NCBI GenBank assembly: GCA_963662945.1
Contig: OY759974.1
Span: 224,001-288,000, forward strand
DNA length: 64,000 nucleotides
Source: Arcobacteraceae bacterium
GTDB lineage: Bacteria; Campylobacterota; Campylobacteria; Campylobacterales; Arcobacteraceae
Reading direction: 5' to 3'
The translations under genes were made by a program, and so were the position numbers. The first letter of the stretch is position 1. The number at the start of each line of letters is the position of its first letter. Shown here piece by piece: positions 21,238-32,075 of this stretch. Below the pieces are notes generated by a model, which saw nothing but the letters and a program-made list of their open reading frames with translations, was not told where the DNA came from and ran no database searches.

Positions 21238-22578
21238 ATGAAGAATATTAGTATATTTGGAACATCCTCCGATGCAGGGAAATCAACACTCACTTTTGTA
21301 ATAGCAAAAATTATTCAAGATTTAGGCTATAGTGTAGTTCCATTCAAAGCACAAAATGTATCTAATAATTCAAAAGTTTGTGATGATAACAGTGAGATAG
21401 CAATAGCTCAACACTTTCAAGCTGAAGTACTTGGAGTAAAAACCTCCTATCATCTTAATCCCATTCTATTAAAATCTGGTCGTGCAAATTCTGCTTCTTT
21501 GATAGTTGAGGGGAAAGTTGTATCTGATAAAGATGTAAGAGAATATTATAGAGATTTAGATTTACTTAAACCAGCTGTTGATAGATGTTTTAAGTATCTC
21601 AATGAACAATATGACTGTGTAGTGTGTGAAGGTGCAGGAAGTCCAGTTGAACTTAATCTTATGGACAAAGACTTGTCAAATATCTACATAGCAGATACTT
21701 ATGATACAAAAATTATACTTGTAGCAGATATACAAAAAGGTGGTGTTTTTGCTTCTATTTGGGGGGTTTATAATCTTTTACCGCAAAAACTTCGTGAAAA
21801 TGTTATAGGTGTTATTGTCAATAAATTTCAAGGAGATATGACACTTTTTGATGAAGGTGTTAGAATTATTGAAGAAGATTTTAAAATACCCGTTTTAGGA
21901 GTATTACCATATTTACCATTTAATTTAGGATTTGAAGATAGTGCAAGTCTTAAAAACTTTACTCAAAATTGTAAAAATGCTACGAAAAAAGTTGCTGTTA
22001 TTAACTATCCTTATATGAGTAACTATAATGATTTTGAGCCATTAATCGCAGATGAAGATATTTGTTTAGAGTTTATAACTTCCAATGTAGATTTAAATAA
22101 ATTTGACTTAGTAATACTTCCTGGTTCAAAACTAGTTATACAAGATTTACAATGGCTTAAAAACAATGGACTTTTTGAACAACTCAAAAATACTACAGTA
22201 GAACTTTTTGGTATTTGTGGTGGTTATGAGATGATGTTTGAAAAGATTATTGATGAACAATGTATTGAAAACACTACACCAACAATTGAATCTGGTTTAG
22301 GTTTTATAGATGATAATATCATCTTTCAAAGTGACAAAGTGCTGAAAAGAGAATTATACAGTATGTTTAAGAATAATTACGAAGGATTTGAGATACATCA
22401 AGGCATTAGTAAAAAACATCCACTCTATTTTGAAAAAAACAACATCAAAGGAACTTTTGTCCATGGCATCTTTGATGATGAAAAATTTAAAATTTATAAA
22501 GAAAAAACTCTTAATGAGTTTATAAATACTATGAAAGGAAAATTAGATATAGATAAGATTATATCTAGTATAATGTAA
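21238..22578 (+). CDS. cobQ: Cobyric acid synthase
   Basis: GTSSDAGKS, PFKAQN, EGAGSP, GICGGY. Confidence 0.95.
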   Translation: MKNISIFGTSSDAGKSTLTFVIAKIIQDLGYSVVPFKAQNVSNNSKVCDDNSEIAIAQHFQAEVLGVKTSYHLNPILLKSGRANSASLIVEGKVVSDKDVREYYRDLDLLKPAVDRCFKYLNEQYDCVVCEGAGSPVELNLMDKDLSNIYIADTYDTKIILVADIQKGGVFASIWGVYNLLPQKLRENVIGVIVNKFQGDMTLFDEGVRIIEEDFKIPVLGVLPYLPFNLGFEDSASLKNFTQNCKNATKKVAVINYPYMSNYNDFEPLIADEDICLEFITSNVDLNKFDLVILPGSKLVIQDLQWLKNNGLFEQLKNTTVELFGICGGYEMMFEKIIDEQCIENTTPTIESGLGFIDDNIIFQSDKVLKRELYSMFKNNYEGFEIHQGISKKHPLYFEKNNIKGTFVHGIFDDEKFKIYKEKTLNEFINTMKGKLDIDKIISSIM

Positions 22579-22579
22579 C

Positions 22580-25500
22580 ATGATAAAATCACTTATAAAA
22601 TTTGGTTTAGAAAAACCTATCTTAAATTATATGCTTCTTTTTTTTATATTTATACTTTCTGTATTTTCATACTTCAAAATACCAAAAGAGATATTTCCAC
22701 CATCAAATCTTGATGCTATTTCTATTACAGGAAGTTATCCAGGTGCAAGTAGTGATATACTCGATCTCATGGCTGTATCTAAAATTGAAGATGAGTTAGC
22801 AAATTTAAGTGAAGCAGATACTATTACAACTGTTGTTAAAACTGGTTATTTTAATATCCGAATTGATTTAAAAGAGGGAAATGATCTTTCAAAGCTTTTA
22901 GATGATGTAAAAGATATAGTCACAAAAACTCGTTCTGACTTACCAAGTGATATGGATGAACCAATAGTAAAAGAGATAACTTTTTCTTTTCCTCTTATTA
23001 CAATAGCTGTATTTGGAGATAAAACAAATGAAGAGTTACTTCAAATTTCAGATGATATAAAATCAAAAATAAATACTCTTGGGGATTTAAGTGATATAAC
23101 AATCTATGGAGATAGTGACAAAGAGTTACTAATCACTTTTGATGAAACAAAAATTGATGCATTTGGTTTAAATAAAAATGCCGTAATCAGTGCTATTGCA
23201 GCTACGAGTTCCATTTTCCCTGCAGGTATTATCAAAGATAAAGGAACTCACTATTATTTAAGCAGTCAAAATGGAGAAAAAGATATTCAAAAACTCCAAA
23301 ATATGATTATCAAAATAGGAGATACCTCTATTTACCTTAAAGATATTGCAAAAGTTGAATATAAACTTGCAGATGTAAATACCATCTCTCATTTTAATGG
23401 ACAAAAAAATATCTCTATAGGTGTAAACAAAAGTAAAACGGGAGATAGTATAGCTTTAGTTAAACAAATAAAACAAATACTTAAAGAGGAACAACAAAAC
23501 TATACAGGTGTAACATTTGACACTTATACAGACACTTCTGTTTGGATAAAAAACAGACTTAACACAGTTGTATCAAATATACTTTTTGGACTTATACTGC
23601 TTACTATTGCTTTGTTTTTCTTTATTAATGCACGTATAGCTTTTGTAGTCGCTGTTGGAATACCAACTAGTTTTATGATTGGAATTATTGGTGCCGAACA
23701 ATTAGGCTATAGTCTTAATATGCTTTCACTTTTAGGAGCTCTTCTTGCACTTGGTATGCTTGTAGATGAAGCAATTGTTGTAGGGGAAAATATCTATAGA
23801 CACCTTGAGATGGGAAAAGATAAGATGACAGCTGCATTAGATGGTGCTGTTGAGATGTATCCTGCTGTTTTAACTGCAACAGCAACTACTATCTTTGCAT
23901 TTTTACCAATCTTACTTATGAGTGGAGAGACTGGTGTATTTATGAGAATACTTCCTATTATGATCTCTATCCTACTTTTAAGCTCACTACTTGAGGCATT
24001 TTTCTTTTTGCCACTTCATGCAAAACATACTTTACAAGTCAATCATAGTGAAAAAAAATCAGAATCTATCTGGGAATGGAATAAAAATCTTTATAAAAAT
24101 ATATTAGATTTTGTACTTAAATGGAAATATCTTTCTCCAATTATTCTTACAGTTTTTATTATTATTGCAACAATAAGTTTTGCGAAAATTTTAAAATTTG
24201 AATTTATGCCAGAATTTGATACTACACAAGTATATATAAATGGTAGCGTTGGTGTAGGATACGATATAAAAGAAACTGAAAAAAAGATTTATGCCTTAGA
24301 AAAAAAGATACTTGAAAACTTTGAATTAGGAAATGAAATAGATAGTATAAGTTCAGTTATAGGAATGAAACTAGATGGAAAACAGCTTCCACAGAATGAA
24401 GAGTTTTATTTTCAAATTTTTGTAAACTTACAAGAAAGAGCACCTGAAAATGTGTTTGATAAATATATCAATCCCTATTTAAGTCCAAAATATGATGATA
24501 CAGATATGACAAGAGTTGAATCTGCAAAAACTATCTCAAATAATATTTCAAAACTTATCAACCAAAGTGATATTCAAAAAGAGTTTGAAGAGTTAAAAGT
24601 GTATGTTCCAGGAGCTGGAATAGTCAAATATGACATAGAAATCAGTCTTAGTGGTAAAGATGATAAAGAGTTAAGTAATGCAATTCAAACAATCAAAACA
24701 GAACTTGGCAAAATAAAAGGTGTTAAAAATATAGCAGATGATGTACTTCTTGGAAATCTTGATTTAAAATTTTCTATCAATCCTTATGGGCAATCTCTTG
24801 GATTTACTGAAACTGATGTTGTAAATCTTTTGAAACCATACTATTTTAAAGGTAATTTTTCTAAAATGTATGATGATAGTGGTATTGTAGATATAGTATT
24901 TCAAAGTGTAAACAAAGATATAAAACAAAGTCTTGACAGCTTTGAAGTAACTATACCTAACACAGATACAAAAGTGCTTTTAAATGATATAGTTGAGTTT
25001 AAAGCAAAATCAAGCCTAAGTCAAATTTTCAAAGAAGATGGTGTAGCAATACAAACTATCACAGCTTCACTTGATGGTCTTACAAGTACAGAATTATATG
25101 CTCAACTGAATCCTACTTTAGAAAAACTCAAAGATAAAGTAAAAATAGATATCAAAGGGGAAGAGAAAGAAAACAAAAAAATACAAATAGAAATGGGGCA
25201 AGCTTTTATTATAGCTTTATTACTTATTTTTATCTCTTTAGTGTGGATGTTTGATAGTCTTGTAAAATCACTTGTAATCTTAAGTACAATTCCACTTTCA
25301 GTTCTTGGAGTTTTAGTTGGGCATTTTATCATGGGATTAAATATCACTATGCCAGGACTTATAGGTATGGTTGGACTTGCTGGGGTTATTGTAAATGATG
25401 GGATTATTATGATGGATTTTATCCAAAAATCAAAAGATGTAGAAGAGATGAAACAATATGCACTTTTAAGACTCCGCCCTATTCTTCTTACATCACTTAC

Positions 25501-25663
25501 AACAATTTTAGGTCTGAGTACTTTAATGTTCTTTGCTTCAGGGCAATCACTTATATTACAACCGATGGCTGTATCTTTAGGATTTGGGATACTTTGGGCT
25601 ACGATTTTGAATTTGTATTATGTTCCTATGTTGTATAGGATTATTTATTTGAGGAAAGAGTAA
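22580..25663 (+). CDS. RND efflux permease (AcrB/AcrD/AcrF family)
   Basis: GMLVDEAIVVGEN, RLRPILLTSLTT, 1027 aa. Confidence 0.93.
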   Translation: MIKSLIKFGLEKPILNYMLLFFIFILSVFSYFKIPKEIFPPSNLDAISITGSYPGASSDILDLMAVSKIEDELANLSEADTITTVVKTGYFNIRIDLKEGNDLSKLLDDVKDIVTKTRSDLPSDMDEPIVKEITFSFPLITIAVFGDKTNEELLQISDDIKSKINTLGDLSDITIYGDSDKELLITFDETKIDAFGLNKNAVISAIAATSSIFPAGIIKDKGTHYYLSSQNGEKDIQKLQNMIIKIGDTSIYLKDIAKVEYKLADVNTISHFNGQKNISIGVNKSKTGDSIALVKQIKQILKEEQQNYTGVTFDTYTDTSVWIKNRLNTVVSNILFGLILLTIALFFFINARIAFVVAVGIPTSFMIGIIGAEQLGYSLNMLSLLGALLALGMLVDEAIVVGENIYRHLEMGKDKMTAALDGAVEMYPAVLTATATTIFAFLPILLMSGETGVFMRILPIMISILLLSSLLEAFFFLPLHAKHTLQVNHSEKKSESIWEWNKNLYKNILDFVLKWKYLSPIILTVFIIIATISFAKILKFEFMPEFDTTQVYINGSVGVGYDIKETEKKIYALEKKILENFELGNEIDSISSVIGMKLDGKQLPQNEEFYFQIFVNLQERAPENVFDKYINPYLSPKYDDTDMTRVESAKTISNNISKLINQSDIQKEFEELKVYVPGAGIVKYDIEISLSGKDDKELSNAIQTIKTELGKIKGVKNIADDVLLGNLDLKFSINPYGQSLGFTETDVVNLLKPYYFKGNFSKMYDDSGIVDIVFQSVNKDIKQSLDSFEVTIPNTDTKVLLNDIVEFKAKSSLSQIFKEDGVAIQTITASLDGLTSTELYAQLNPTLEKLKDKVKIDIKGEEKENKKIQIEMGQAFIIALLLIFISLVWMFDSLVKSLVILSTIPLSVLGVLVGHFIMGLNITMPGLIGMVGLAGVIVNDGIIMMDFIQKSKDVEEMKQYALLRLRPILLTSLTTILGLSTLMFFASGQSLILQPMAVSLGFGILWATILNLYYVPMLYRIIYLRKE

Positions 25664-25665
25664 GG
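25553..25665 (+). repeat. ~110-bp direct repeat, copy 1 (3' end of RND gene)
   Basis: Near-identical to 26290-26402. Confidence 0.95.
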
Positions 25666-25703
25666 GGGAAGGTTTTTATTTTTTTAGAAGTTAATTTGTA
25701 AGG

Positions 25704-25970
25704 TTATGGAAAATACTTATATATTTCTCTTCTATGTTTTACAGTTTCTATTATGATTGTATCATTCTCTTTTTTGATACCAACTCTATAGTCCCCAAAC
25801 CTTATTTTAAAATAGTTTTTATATCCTGTCATTTTTTCAACTTTACCTATTTCACTTAAACTCGTATATGTTGGGAAAGTATCAAATACAAATTCTTCAA
25901 TAGTTTGTCCATATTCAGTTGGTAATTTTGAAAGTTCTTTTAAAAACTTCTTTTTGTATTCAATATTCAT
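25704..25970 (-). CDS. RelE-family toxin
   Basis: KKFLKELSKL, KIRFGDYRVG, HRREIY. Confidence 0.9.
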   Translation of the reverse strand: MNIEYKKKFLKELSKLPTEYGQTIEEFVFDTFPTYTSLSEIGKVEKMTGYKNYFKIRFGDYRVGIKKENDTIIIETVKHRREIYKYFP

Positions 25971-25975
25971 TGATA

Positions 25976-26182
25976 TTATGAAGCTTTATTTTCTTTTAGT
26001 GATTTGTAGTATTCTTTTGCATCTTTTATAGATAATGTTTCATTTTCTTCATTTTCTTCCATTAGTTTATATAATGCAAAGTTTTCTAAAGTTTCTGTAA
26101 TTTGTTCATAAGTTTTCATATCTAACTGAACAGCAATTTTATGATTTTCGTCATCTACGATATAGTTTGGATTTATACACAT
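25976..26182 (-). CDS. Putative cognate antitoxin
   Basis: Small acidic ORF directly upstream of the toxin; YIVDDENHKIAVQL. Confidence 0.75.
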   Translation of the reverse strand: MCINPNYIVDDENHKIAVQLDMKTYEQITETLENFALYKLMEENEENETLSIKDAKEYYKSLKENKAS

Positions 26183-26289
26183 ACTATTCTCCTATAATTT
26201 ATTAATAATCCATTATATCAAATCTTAAATAAGTTTCACTTAAGATTAAATTTTTAATCTATACAATTTTTATTCTAATTTATATTTAC

Positions 26290-26402
26290 ATACTACAACC
26301 GATGGCTGTAGCTTTAGGATTTGGGATACTTTGGGCTACGATTTTGAATTTGTATTATGTTCCTATGTTGTATAGGATTATTTATTTGAGGAAAGAGTAA
26401 GG
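26290..26402 (+). repeat. ~110-bp direct repeat, copy 2 (orphan RND 3' end including stop)
   Basis: Matches 25553-25665 with about 2 mismatches. Confidence 0.95.
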
Positions 26403-26469
26403 AAGGGGAAGGTTATAATACACTACCTGTTAACTTTACCGACACTTTAGTCTTTTCTACTAGGTTTTG

Positions 26470-29400
26470 TTAACTATTTTCCTCAATAAGATTCGGGTTT
26501 CTTAGTTCCATAGACCAATTTTCATTAAAATTATCGTACATAAAGCATACTCCCATATTGTTTCCTACACTATTAAACGGTAAAGAATCTGTGGATTCAA
26601 CAGCAATTTTTGTTTTAAAGTCTGGACTACATAAAAAAACACTTTGTTCATTTTTTCTAATATTTAAAATATTGCTTTCTATTGTTTCCGATATTTTTTT
26701 CAAAGTGAAATTACTAACTTTAGGAATGTCTATACTATTGATATAATTCTGTTCTATTTCAAATATAGTTATCCATTCAGATGTAACAGGTAAACAGTAT
26801 TCAATTATTTTTTCTTGGTTAGAAATAATCAAGTTGAATAGTTTTCTTTTACTAACATCAACCAAATCACTATTGATTATCCCACTTAAATCTAATGAGG
26901 CAACTCTTGATCTTATTCCTGAAAGATATATTTTAACTGCAAAAATATTAGGTAGTCCAATTTCTGAAAAAAGAGCAATGTTCTCAAGTATCTCTGCCTC
27001 ATTATCTAAACTCATATCATACAATTTTCTAATAATTGCATTTAGAGCCCACGGTATAGTCATACCAAAATACTCGACACAAATTTTTTGACCATTATTG
27101 ATTTGTTTTATCTCTGCTAATGAAACCCCACTAAACCATTTTTCTCTAACTAAATCAACGTCAGTCTCTTCAAAATTATGTTTAAATGAAGTAGATGGCA
27201 TTTGTTGTATTAAGCTTTCAATTCTTTTTATTGTTTCAATAGTATCTGTAATGTTTTTTTCTGACTGATTATAAGTTTGAACTATTTCTTTTATTTCCTC
27301 AATATGTTCTTCAATCAAAACTGATGAACTTAATGGGATACCTGATTTTACAATTGATTCCCAATTACTTGAATCTCCTGCAATCCTTACTACGGCTTTA
27401 TTTCTTGCTTTTAAAAATTGTATTACTTCTTCTTGAGTTATGTTTGACTCATTTTGTGCCTGAATATAGGCTAATGAGTTTCTAAAATAATCATCTATCC
27501 ATGAAGAAGGATCAGCATCAAAAAATGCTACCTTTTTATAATCTAATGCTAGTAATGTATCATCAATCCAGTTAAAAGCTTCAAGAATATTTTCTGAATA
27601 ATTAGTCGTTGTTGTAGTTAAACGAGAAAAGTTATTTTCTGAAATCAATTGAAGCAATAGGTCAAAATCAATATTACATTGTGTTGCAATATTTTTTATT
27701 CTTTTTATTAAAAATAGTAAACCACTTGTGGCTTTATCCATATTTGAGATGTCAAAATATTGATTTATCATTTCAAAATCTTTCTTTAATTGCCATTGAC
27801 CTTTATTCTCATCTATTCCAAAAAGTATCTTACCTTCAATATCAACAAAAGCTCGTCCAGCTCGTCCTGCAATATTCCAAAAATCTTTTGAATCAATTTT
27901 CTCTCTTTTATTTGATTGCTGATTAAATCTAAAAACATCTGCAAATATTACTGTGGAGATACCAATATTTACACCTTGACCCAAAGTTGTTGTAGCAACA
28001 ATAACTTTGGGCTTTTCTTCACGCATCATTTTTTCCAATAAAATTCTCACTTCAGCTGATAATTGACCATGATGACAGAAGATACCATGTTCTGCAAGTT
28101 CAAAAATATCATTTTCACCTGATTCAATACAAGCTAATTTTAAAGACTTTTGATTAATTGTATTTTTCCATTGCATGTATTCTTTATTATTCATATGATT
28201 TAAAATTCTTCTAGCATTAGATAAAACTTGTGTTGCTTGAGCTACAAAAAACAAAACAGTACCCAAGGTCGATAATTTTAAAGCTGTTGATGCGAAACCA
28301 TCATATTTACTACTACTTTGCTCTACAAAACCTTTATTAAAAGATTTTGGTTCTTCTATCCATTCTATATCAATATTCTTACTTCTAGTCCACTTTAGTA
28401 TTCCAAATCTTTGATTGGCTAACCTTTTTTTAGATTCTAAAATATTATTTTCGTCATTTGAAATCCACTTTGAAATGTCTTTTGTATTTGGTAAAACAGC
28501 AGATAGCAAAATAATCTTTCCATTGTTTTTATTCATATGAAACTTCAATTCTTCAGTAAACATCTCATTTTGAATTAATCTTTGATTCGCACCTAAAAGA
28601 TGCCCTTCATCAATGACTAAAAGTTTGATTTGATCTCCAATTGATTCGTCGGCTCTAATTATCGCTTTTGCTTTTTCAGGTGTTGCAATAATAATATTTG
28701 AATGTTCTATGAGTGTTTTATCTATTTTACTGTATTGAGCACCACCATATAAGAAAGTCGTTGAAAATCCTAGTGGACTGAAAATTTTATCCATTGACTC
28801 TTCTACTTCAAATGATAGTGAACGAAAAGGAGCTAAATATAATACTTTTGACTCAGGATTATTTACTAAGGTTTCTAAAATTGCAATTTCTGCTATTCTT
28901 GTTTTTCCACTACTTGTAGGTAAACTTATCACGATGTTGTTATTATTTCTCATTGCATTAACAGCTTCATATTGAGTATAAAAAAGTTCGATTATTGAAG
29001 GATTGTTAAACGCTAATTGTTGAATATATAAAGTTGTTTTATCACTTGGTATTAAAGTTGGTAAAATATTCCAAAAAGAGTATTGTTTGTATGTGTTTAA
29101 CAGAATTGATATTAGCCTACTTATCCACCAAGTCAAAGGCTCATCATCAATAGAAGATAACGCTTTTAAGTCAAGCGTATATTCTTGGGCTAAGTCTAGC
29201 CATTGTTCGTCGCCAGAATAAATATACTCAATTACAAGATTTAATACTTTTGCTAAAATAACAGTGTAAAATTTAAAATTTGCATCCATAGAATCGTCTA
29301 ATGAGACAATTTGTTCTTCTTGAAACTCATCATTCAAAACAATATCATTAATTTTCAAAACTAAATCATCTATGTCTTTTTTTAAAAAAGTGCTTACTAT

Positions 29401-29808
29401 ATCAATAAATTTAGAGTTTGATTCAGCCTTTTTTATTGCAATAAACGATTTAGAATATTGTGAAGCAATATAAAAAGACAAACTGCTTATTAGCAAATAG
29501 AAATTACTGTTTTCCTTTTTATTATTTCTTGGCGAGTGAACTTGATAAATAATATCTCCGCTTTTTTCAAAAGCAATATTTGATATTTCGTGATGGACTT
29601 GCTGTTCTTTTAATGTACATGCTATAGATAGGTAAGAAAATGCTATATAATTAATCTTTTCATCAAGATTCTCTGTGTAGTTTGGGAAATTTTCAAATGG
29701 TTCATTTGCTTCAAGCAATATGTTCTTTGAGCTTGCTTGTGCAATTAGGTTCTGTGTAAATGTATCTTCTAATTCATTAAATAATAATAGTGCTTTTTCA
29801 ACTGTCAT
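26470..29808 (-). CDS. hamB: Ski2-like DEAD/DEAH helicase, Hachiman HamB-like
   Basis: PTSSGKT, DEGH, LSA, TTTLGQGVN, GRAGRA; long N-terminal helical region; follows a HamA-like gene. Confidence 0.75.
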   Translation of the reverse strand: MTVEKALLLFNELEDTFTQNLIAQASSKNILLEANEPFENFPNYTENLDEKINYIAFSYLSIACTLKEQQVHHEISNIAFEKSGDIIYQVHSPRNNKKENSNFYLLISSLSFYIASQYSKSFIAIKKAESNSKFIDIVSTFLKKDIDDLVLKINDIVLNDEFQEEQIVSLDDSMDANFKFYTVILAKVLNLVIEYIYSGDEQWLDLAQEYTLDLKALSSIDDEPLTWWISRLISILLNTYKQYSFWNILPTLIPSDKTTLYIQQLAFNNPSIIELFYTQYEAVNAMRNNNNIVISLPTSSGKTRIAEIAILETLVNNPESKVLYLAPFRSLSFEVEESMDKIFSPLGFSTTFLYGGAQYSKIDKTLIEHSNIIIATPEKAKAIIRADESIGDQIKLLVIDEGHLLGANQRLIQNEMFTEELKFHMNKNNGKIILLSAVLPNTKDISKWISNDENNILESKKRLANQRFGILKWTRSKNIDIEWIEEPKSFNKGFVEQSSSKYDGFASTALKLSTLGTVLFFVAQATQVLSNARRILNHMNNKEYMQWKNTINQKSLKLACIESGENDIFELAEHGIFCHHGQLSAEVRILLEKMMREEKPKVIVATTTLGQGVNIGISTVIFADVFRFNQQSNKREKIDSKDFWNIAGRAGRAFVDIEGKILFGIDENKGQWQLKKDFEMINQYFDISNMDKATSGLLFLIKRIKNIATQCNIDFDLLLQLISENNFSRLTTTTTNYSENILEAFNWIDDTLLALDYKKVAFFDADPSSWIDDYFRNSLAYIQAQNESNITQEEVIQFLKARNKAVVRIAGDSSNWESIVKSGIPLSSSVLIEEHIEEIKEIVQTYNQSEKNITDTIETIKRIESLIQQMPSTSFKHNFEETDVDLVREKWFSGVSLAEIKQINNGQKICVEYFGMTIPWALNAIIRKLYDMSLDNEAEILENIALFSEIGLPNIFAVKIYLSGIRSRVASLDLSGIINSDLVDVSKRKLFNLIISNQEKIIEYCLPVTSEWITIFEIEQNYINSIDIPKVSNFTLKKISETIESNILNIRKNEQSVFLCSPDFKTKIAVESTDSLPFNSVGNNMGVCFMYDNFNENWSMELRNPNLIEENS

Positions 29809-29809
29809 A

Positions 29810-30793
29810 TTAGCTCATTATCTTTTCAATAGCTTTATCAAAACTTTCTTTGATTAAAACTTCAGGATTTTTCTCACCATATGATATTACAACTAGATTT
29901 TCATTATCTGTATTCAAATGTGTTTCTATTGTATTTGCAACATTGTGGTTACTATGTAAAAATCCAGCATATACTATAGGTATATTTTTTTTGTGTACTG
30001 CACTGATTAAATCATCAATTTCATCAGCAATATCATTTTGTCCTAATTCATCAAGTCGGTCTCTTACAAAAGGTAATGAGATTGGTAAGCTATCTTTGGA
30101 CAATGCTTTCGTTATATCTTCAACAACTATATTATTTGGTGTAGTTCTATATTTAGACTCTCCCATAATAATTTTATTTTTAATGTTATTTTTATCAAAA
30201 AGTAATACATCATCACCTTTCATTGACTGAACAATATTTGGGTTGAATCTTAACTTATAAACCAATAATTCAAGTCCTGATGATGCTTTTAAATATTCAC
30301 ATAATATTATTTCACCTAAATTACCTTTTTGAGTGGAGAAGTTATTTATTGGTATTGTCATATTCTCTTCAACATACTTTGTAAGTTCATTATGTTTTTT
30401 CAAAATCGATTTCTTTTTATTAAATCTCTCAATTTGCTTAGCTGTAATGTGATGTTCAATTATCCAATCAGATAACTTTTCAATTAGAGTATCTCTATTA
30501 ATTCCCTTATCACTGAGTTTTCTATGTTTTTTAGTCATAGATGAGGCGAGATCTTCACATTTACACCAGTCAAAAAACAATGCTGATTTTGGATGATTTC
30601 CAATGAGAGCTGTTATTTCATCAAGTTCTTTCGAGGTATTGTTAAAATTAGTTGCGGCAAGAGAACGACATTTTGATTCTAATTCAGAAATGGAGTTAGG
30701 TGAGATATGATACTTTATAGCTAAAGCATTTATATCTAATTTTTTACCATTTGTAAGAGCTTCTAAAATTTCATGTTCTAAATCAATTTCCAA
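29810..30793 (-). CDS. hamA: HamA-like (DUF1837-type) PD-(D/E)xK nuclease
   Basis: GNLGEIILCEYL, KGDDVL, GESK; 1 bp from the helicase start. Confidence 0.75.
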   Translation of the reverse strand: MEIDLEHEILEALTNGKKLDINALAIKYHISPNSISELESKCRSLAATNFNNTSKELDEITALIGNHPKSALFFDWCKCEDLASSMTKKHRKLSDKGINRDTLIEKLSDWIIEHHITAKQIERFNKKKSILKKHNELTKYVEENMTIPINNFSTQKGNLGEIILCEYLKASSGLELLVYKLRFNPNIVQSMKGDDVLLFDKNNIKNKIIMGESKYRTTPNNIVVEDITKALSKDSLPISLPFVRDRLDELGQNDIADEIDDLISAVHKKNIPIVYAGFLHSNHNVANTIETHLNTDNENLVVISYGEKNPEVLIKESFDKAIEKIMS

Positions 30794-30918
30794 GACTATC
30801 CTTTTGTATAGTTAACGACTGAAGTGTGGAATGATGGGAATAGTCGTATATAAATATCTATTTTTCTAGTTTCTAAATGCAAAATTAAAAGCTAGTATAA
30901 TCGCCGTTATAGCCTCAT

Positions 30919-31689
30919 TTATCTTCTCTTTTTTGTTATACATTTGTTTGCTAATTTAAAATAACTACTACATTTAGGTGTTGTATTAGTGTCATATTTC
31001 AAAATAACTTTATATTCATTAATTGCAAATTTAATGGTATTAAATAAAAAATCCATTCCCTTTTTATATGTTGCTATTACAATTATAGCAACTAATATGT
31101 AAATTAACATTTGAATAGTTATTTCTATATTTACTATTGAAAAATCATTAATATTTATATTTGATTGTTTATTAAATTTAATAATAAATTGTTTAATAAA
31201 AATTGTATATCCCAACCAAGAAGTACTTACTATCCATCTTAAAGCTTTGATTCTTTCATTAGTTCTTGAATATATTATATTTATATTATTTTCAATACTT
31301 TCTAGAAGATAAGTAGTTTTTATATTATTTTGATATAAAATATTTACAATTTTTTCAATATGCTTATTTTCTATTCCATAAAAAGCATATGTACTAGGAA
31401 TAGCAAAAAATACTAAAGATGTAAAAGTAACTATAACTAATATAGTGTTCTCCAATTTCATATTTATAAATAAATTACAAATATAAATAGCTATGATTGT
31501 TAGTAATAATATTTTTATAAATTTACCTAGTGGACTAAATAACTCTTTAAATCCTAATAGCATATATCCTGCTGGCAATCTGTAATCTTGATCTATAGAC
31601 TTAAAAGTAGGTTTGAATGATTGTAATAAGTTTTTTTCACTTTCTTGTATAATATGTTTAGTAAGTAAAAATAATTTATTCTCTGTCAA
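30919..31689 (-). CDS. Hypothetical membrane protein (about 4 TM)
   Basis: Two pairs of hydrophobic segments; GGAGG RBS before TTG. Confidence 0.6.
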   Translation of the reverse strand: MTENKLFLLTKHIIQESEKNLLQSFKPTFKSIDQDYRLPAGYMLLGFKELFSPLGKFIKILLLTIIAIYICNLFINMKLENTILVIVTFTSLVFFAIPSTYAFYGIENKHIEKIVNILYQNNIKTTYLLESIENNINIIYSRTNERIKALRWIVSTSWLGYTIFIKQFIIKFNKQSNININDFSIVNIEITIQMLIYILVAIIVIATYKKGMDFLFNTIKFAINEYKVILKYDTNTTPKCSSYFKLANKCITKKRR

Positions 31690-31729
31690 GTCTATATTCC
31701 TCCTATGCGTATGTATTTAAACACAAACA

Positions 31730-31786
31730 ATTATAACAAACAAATGTCACATCTAGTGTTACATTTTTGATAAATTTTAAAATTTC
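31730..31786 (-). promoter_or_regulatory. Extended -10 promoter (TGTTATAAT on - strand) with tandem TGT(C/T)ACA repeats
   Basis: AATGTCACATCTAGTGTTACATTTTTGATAAATTTTAAAATTTC, homologous to 3223-3266. Confidence 0.55.
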
Positions 31787-31795
31787 TATTGATTT

Positions 31796-32075
31796 TTATA
31801 AGGGCTTGTTTTGATTAAAAATATTTAAGATAACTATCATATTGCTATCTAAATCAATCTCATAATTTATAGTATATTTTTTAAATATCATATCTCTGAT
31901 ATTTTCATCATAAAATAGATAGATTTTCTATATTTATATGGAAAGTTTGGAATATTTTTTATTTGTTAAAATAACTCTTTTTTGAACTTTTTTGAAGCAG
32001 ATAATTTATCTTTTGTAATATACTCAAAAATTAACTTGAAGTTTTTTCAAATTTAATATCAAGTTTAATTCGCAT
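31796..32075 (-). pseudogene. ParE/RelE-family toxin pseudogene
   Basis: Conceptual translation MRIKLDIKFE/KNFKLIFEYITKDKLSASKKFKKELF*QIKNIPNFPYKYRKSIYF/DENIRDMIFKKYTINYEID...IFNQNKPL; two frameshifts and one stop. Confidence 0.8.

Noticed and set aside
985-30230. Antisense or overlapping ORFs in the host half (e.g. 985, 3380, 3890, 4889, 10381, 15123, 26834, 29850)
   Set aside because: Shadow frames of well-supported genes, with no motifs
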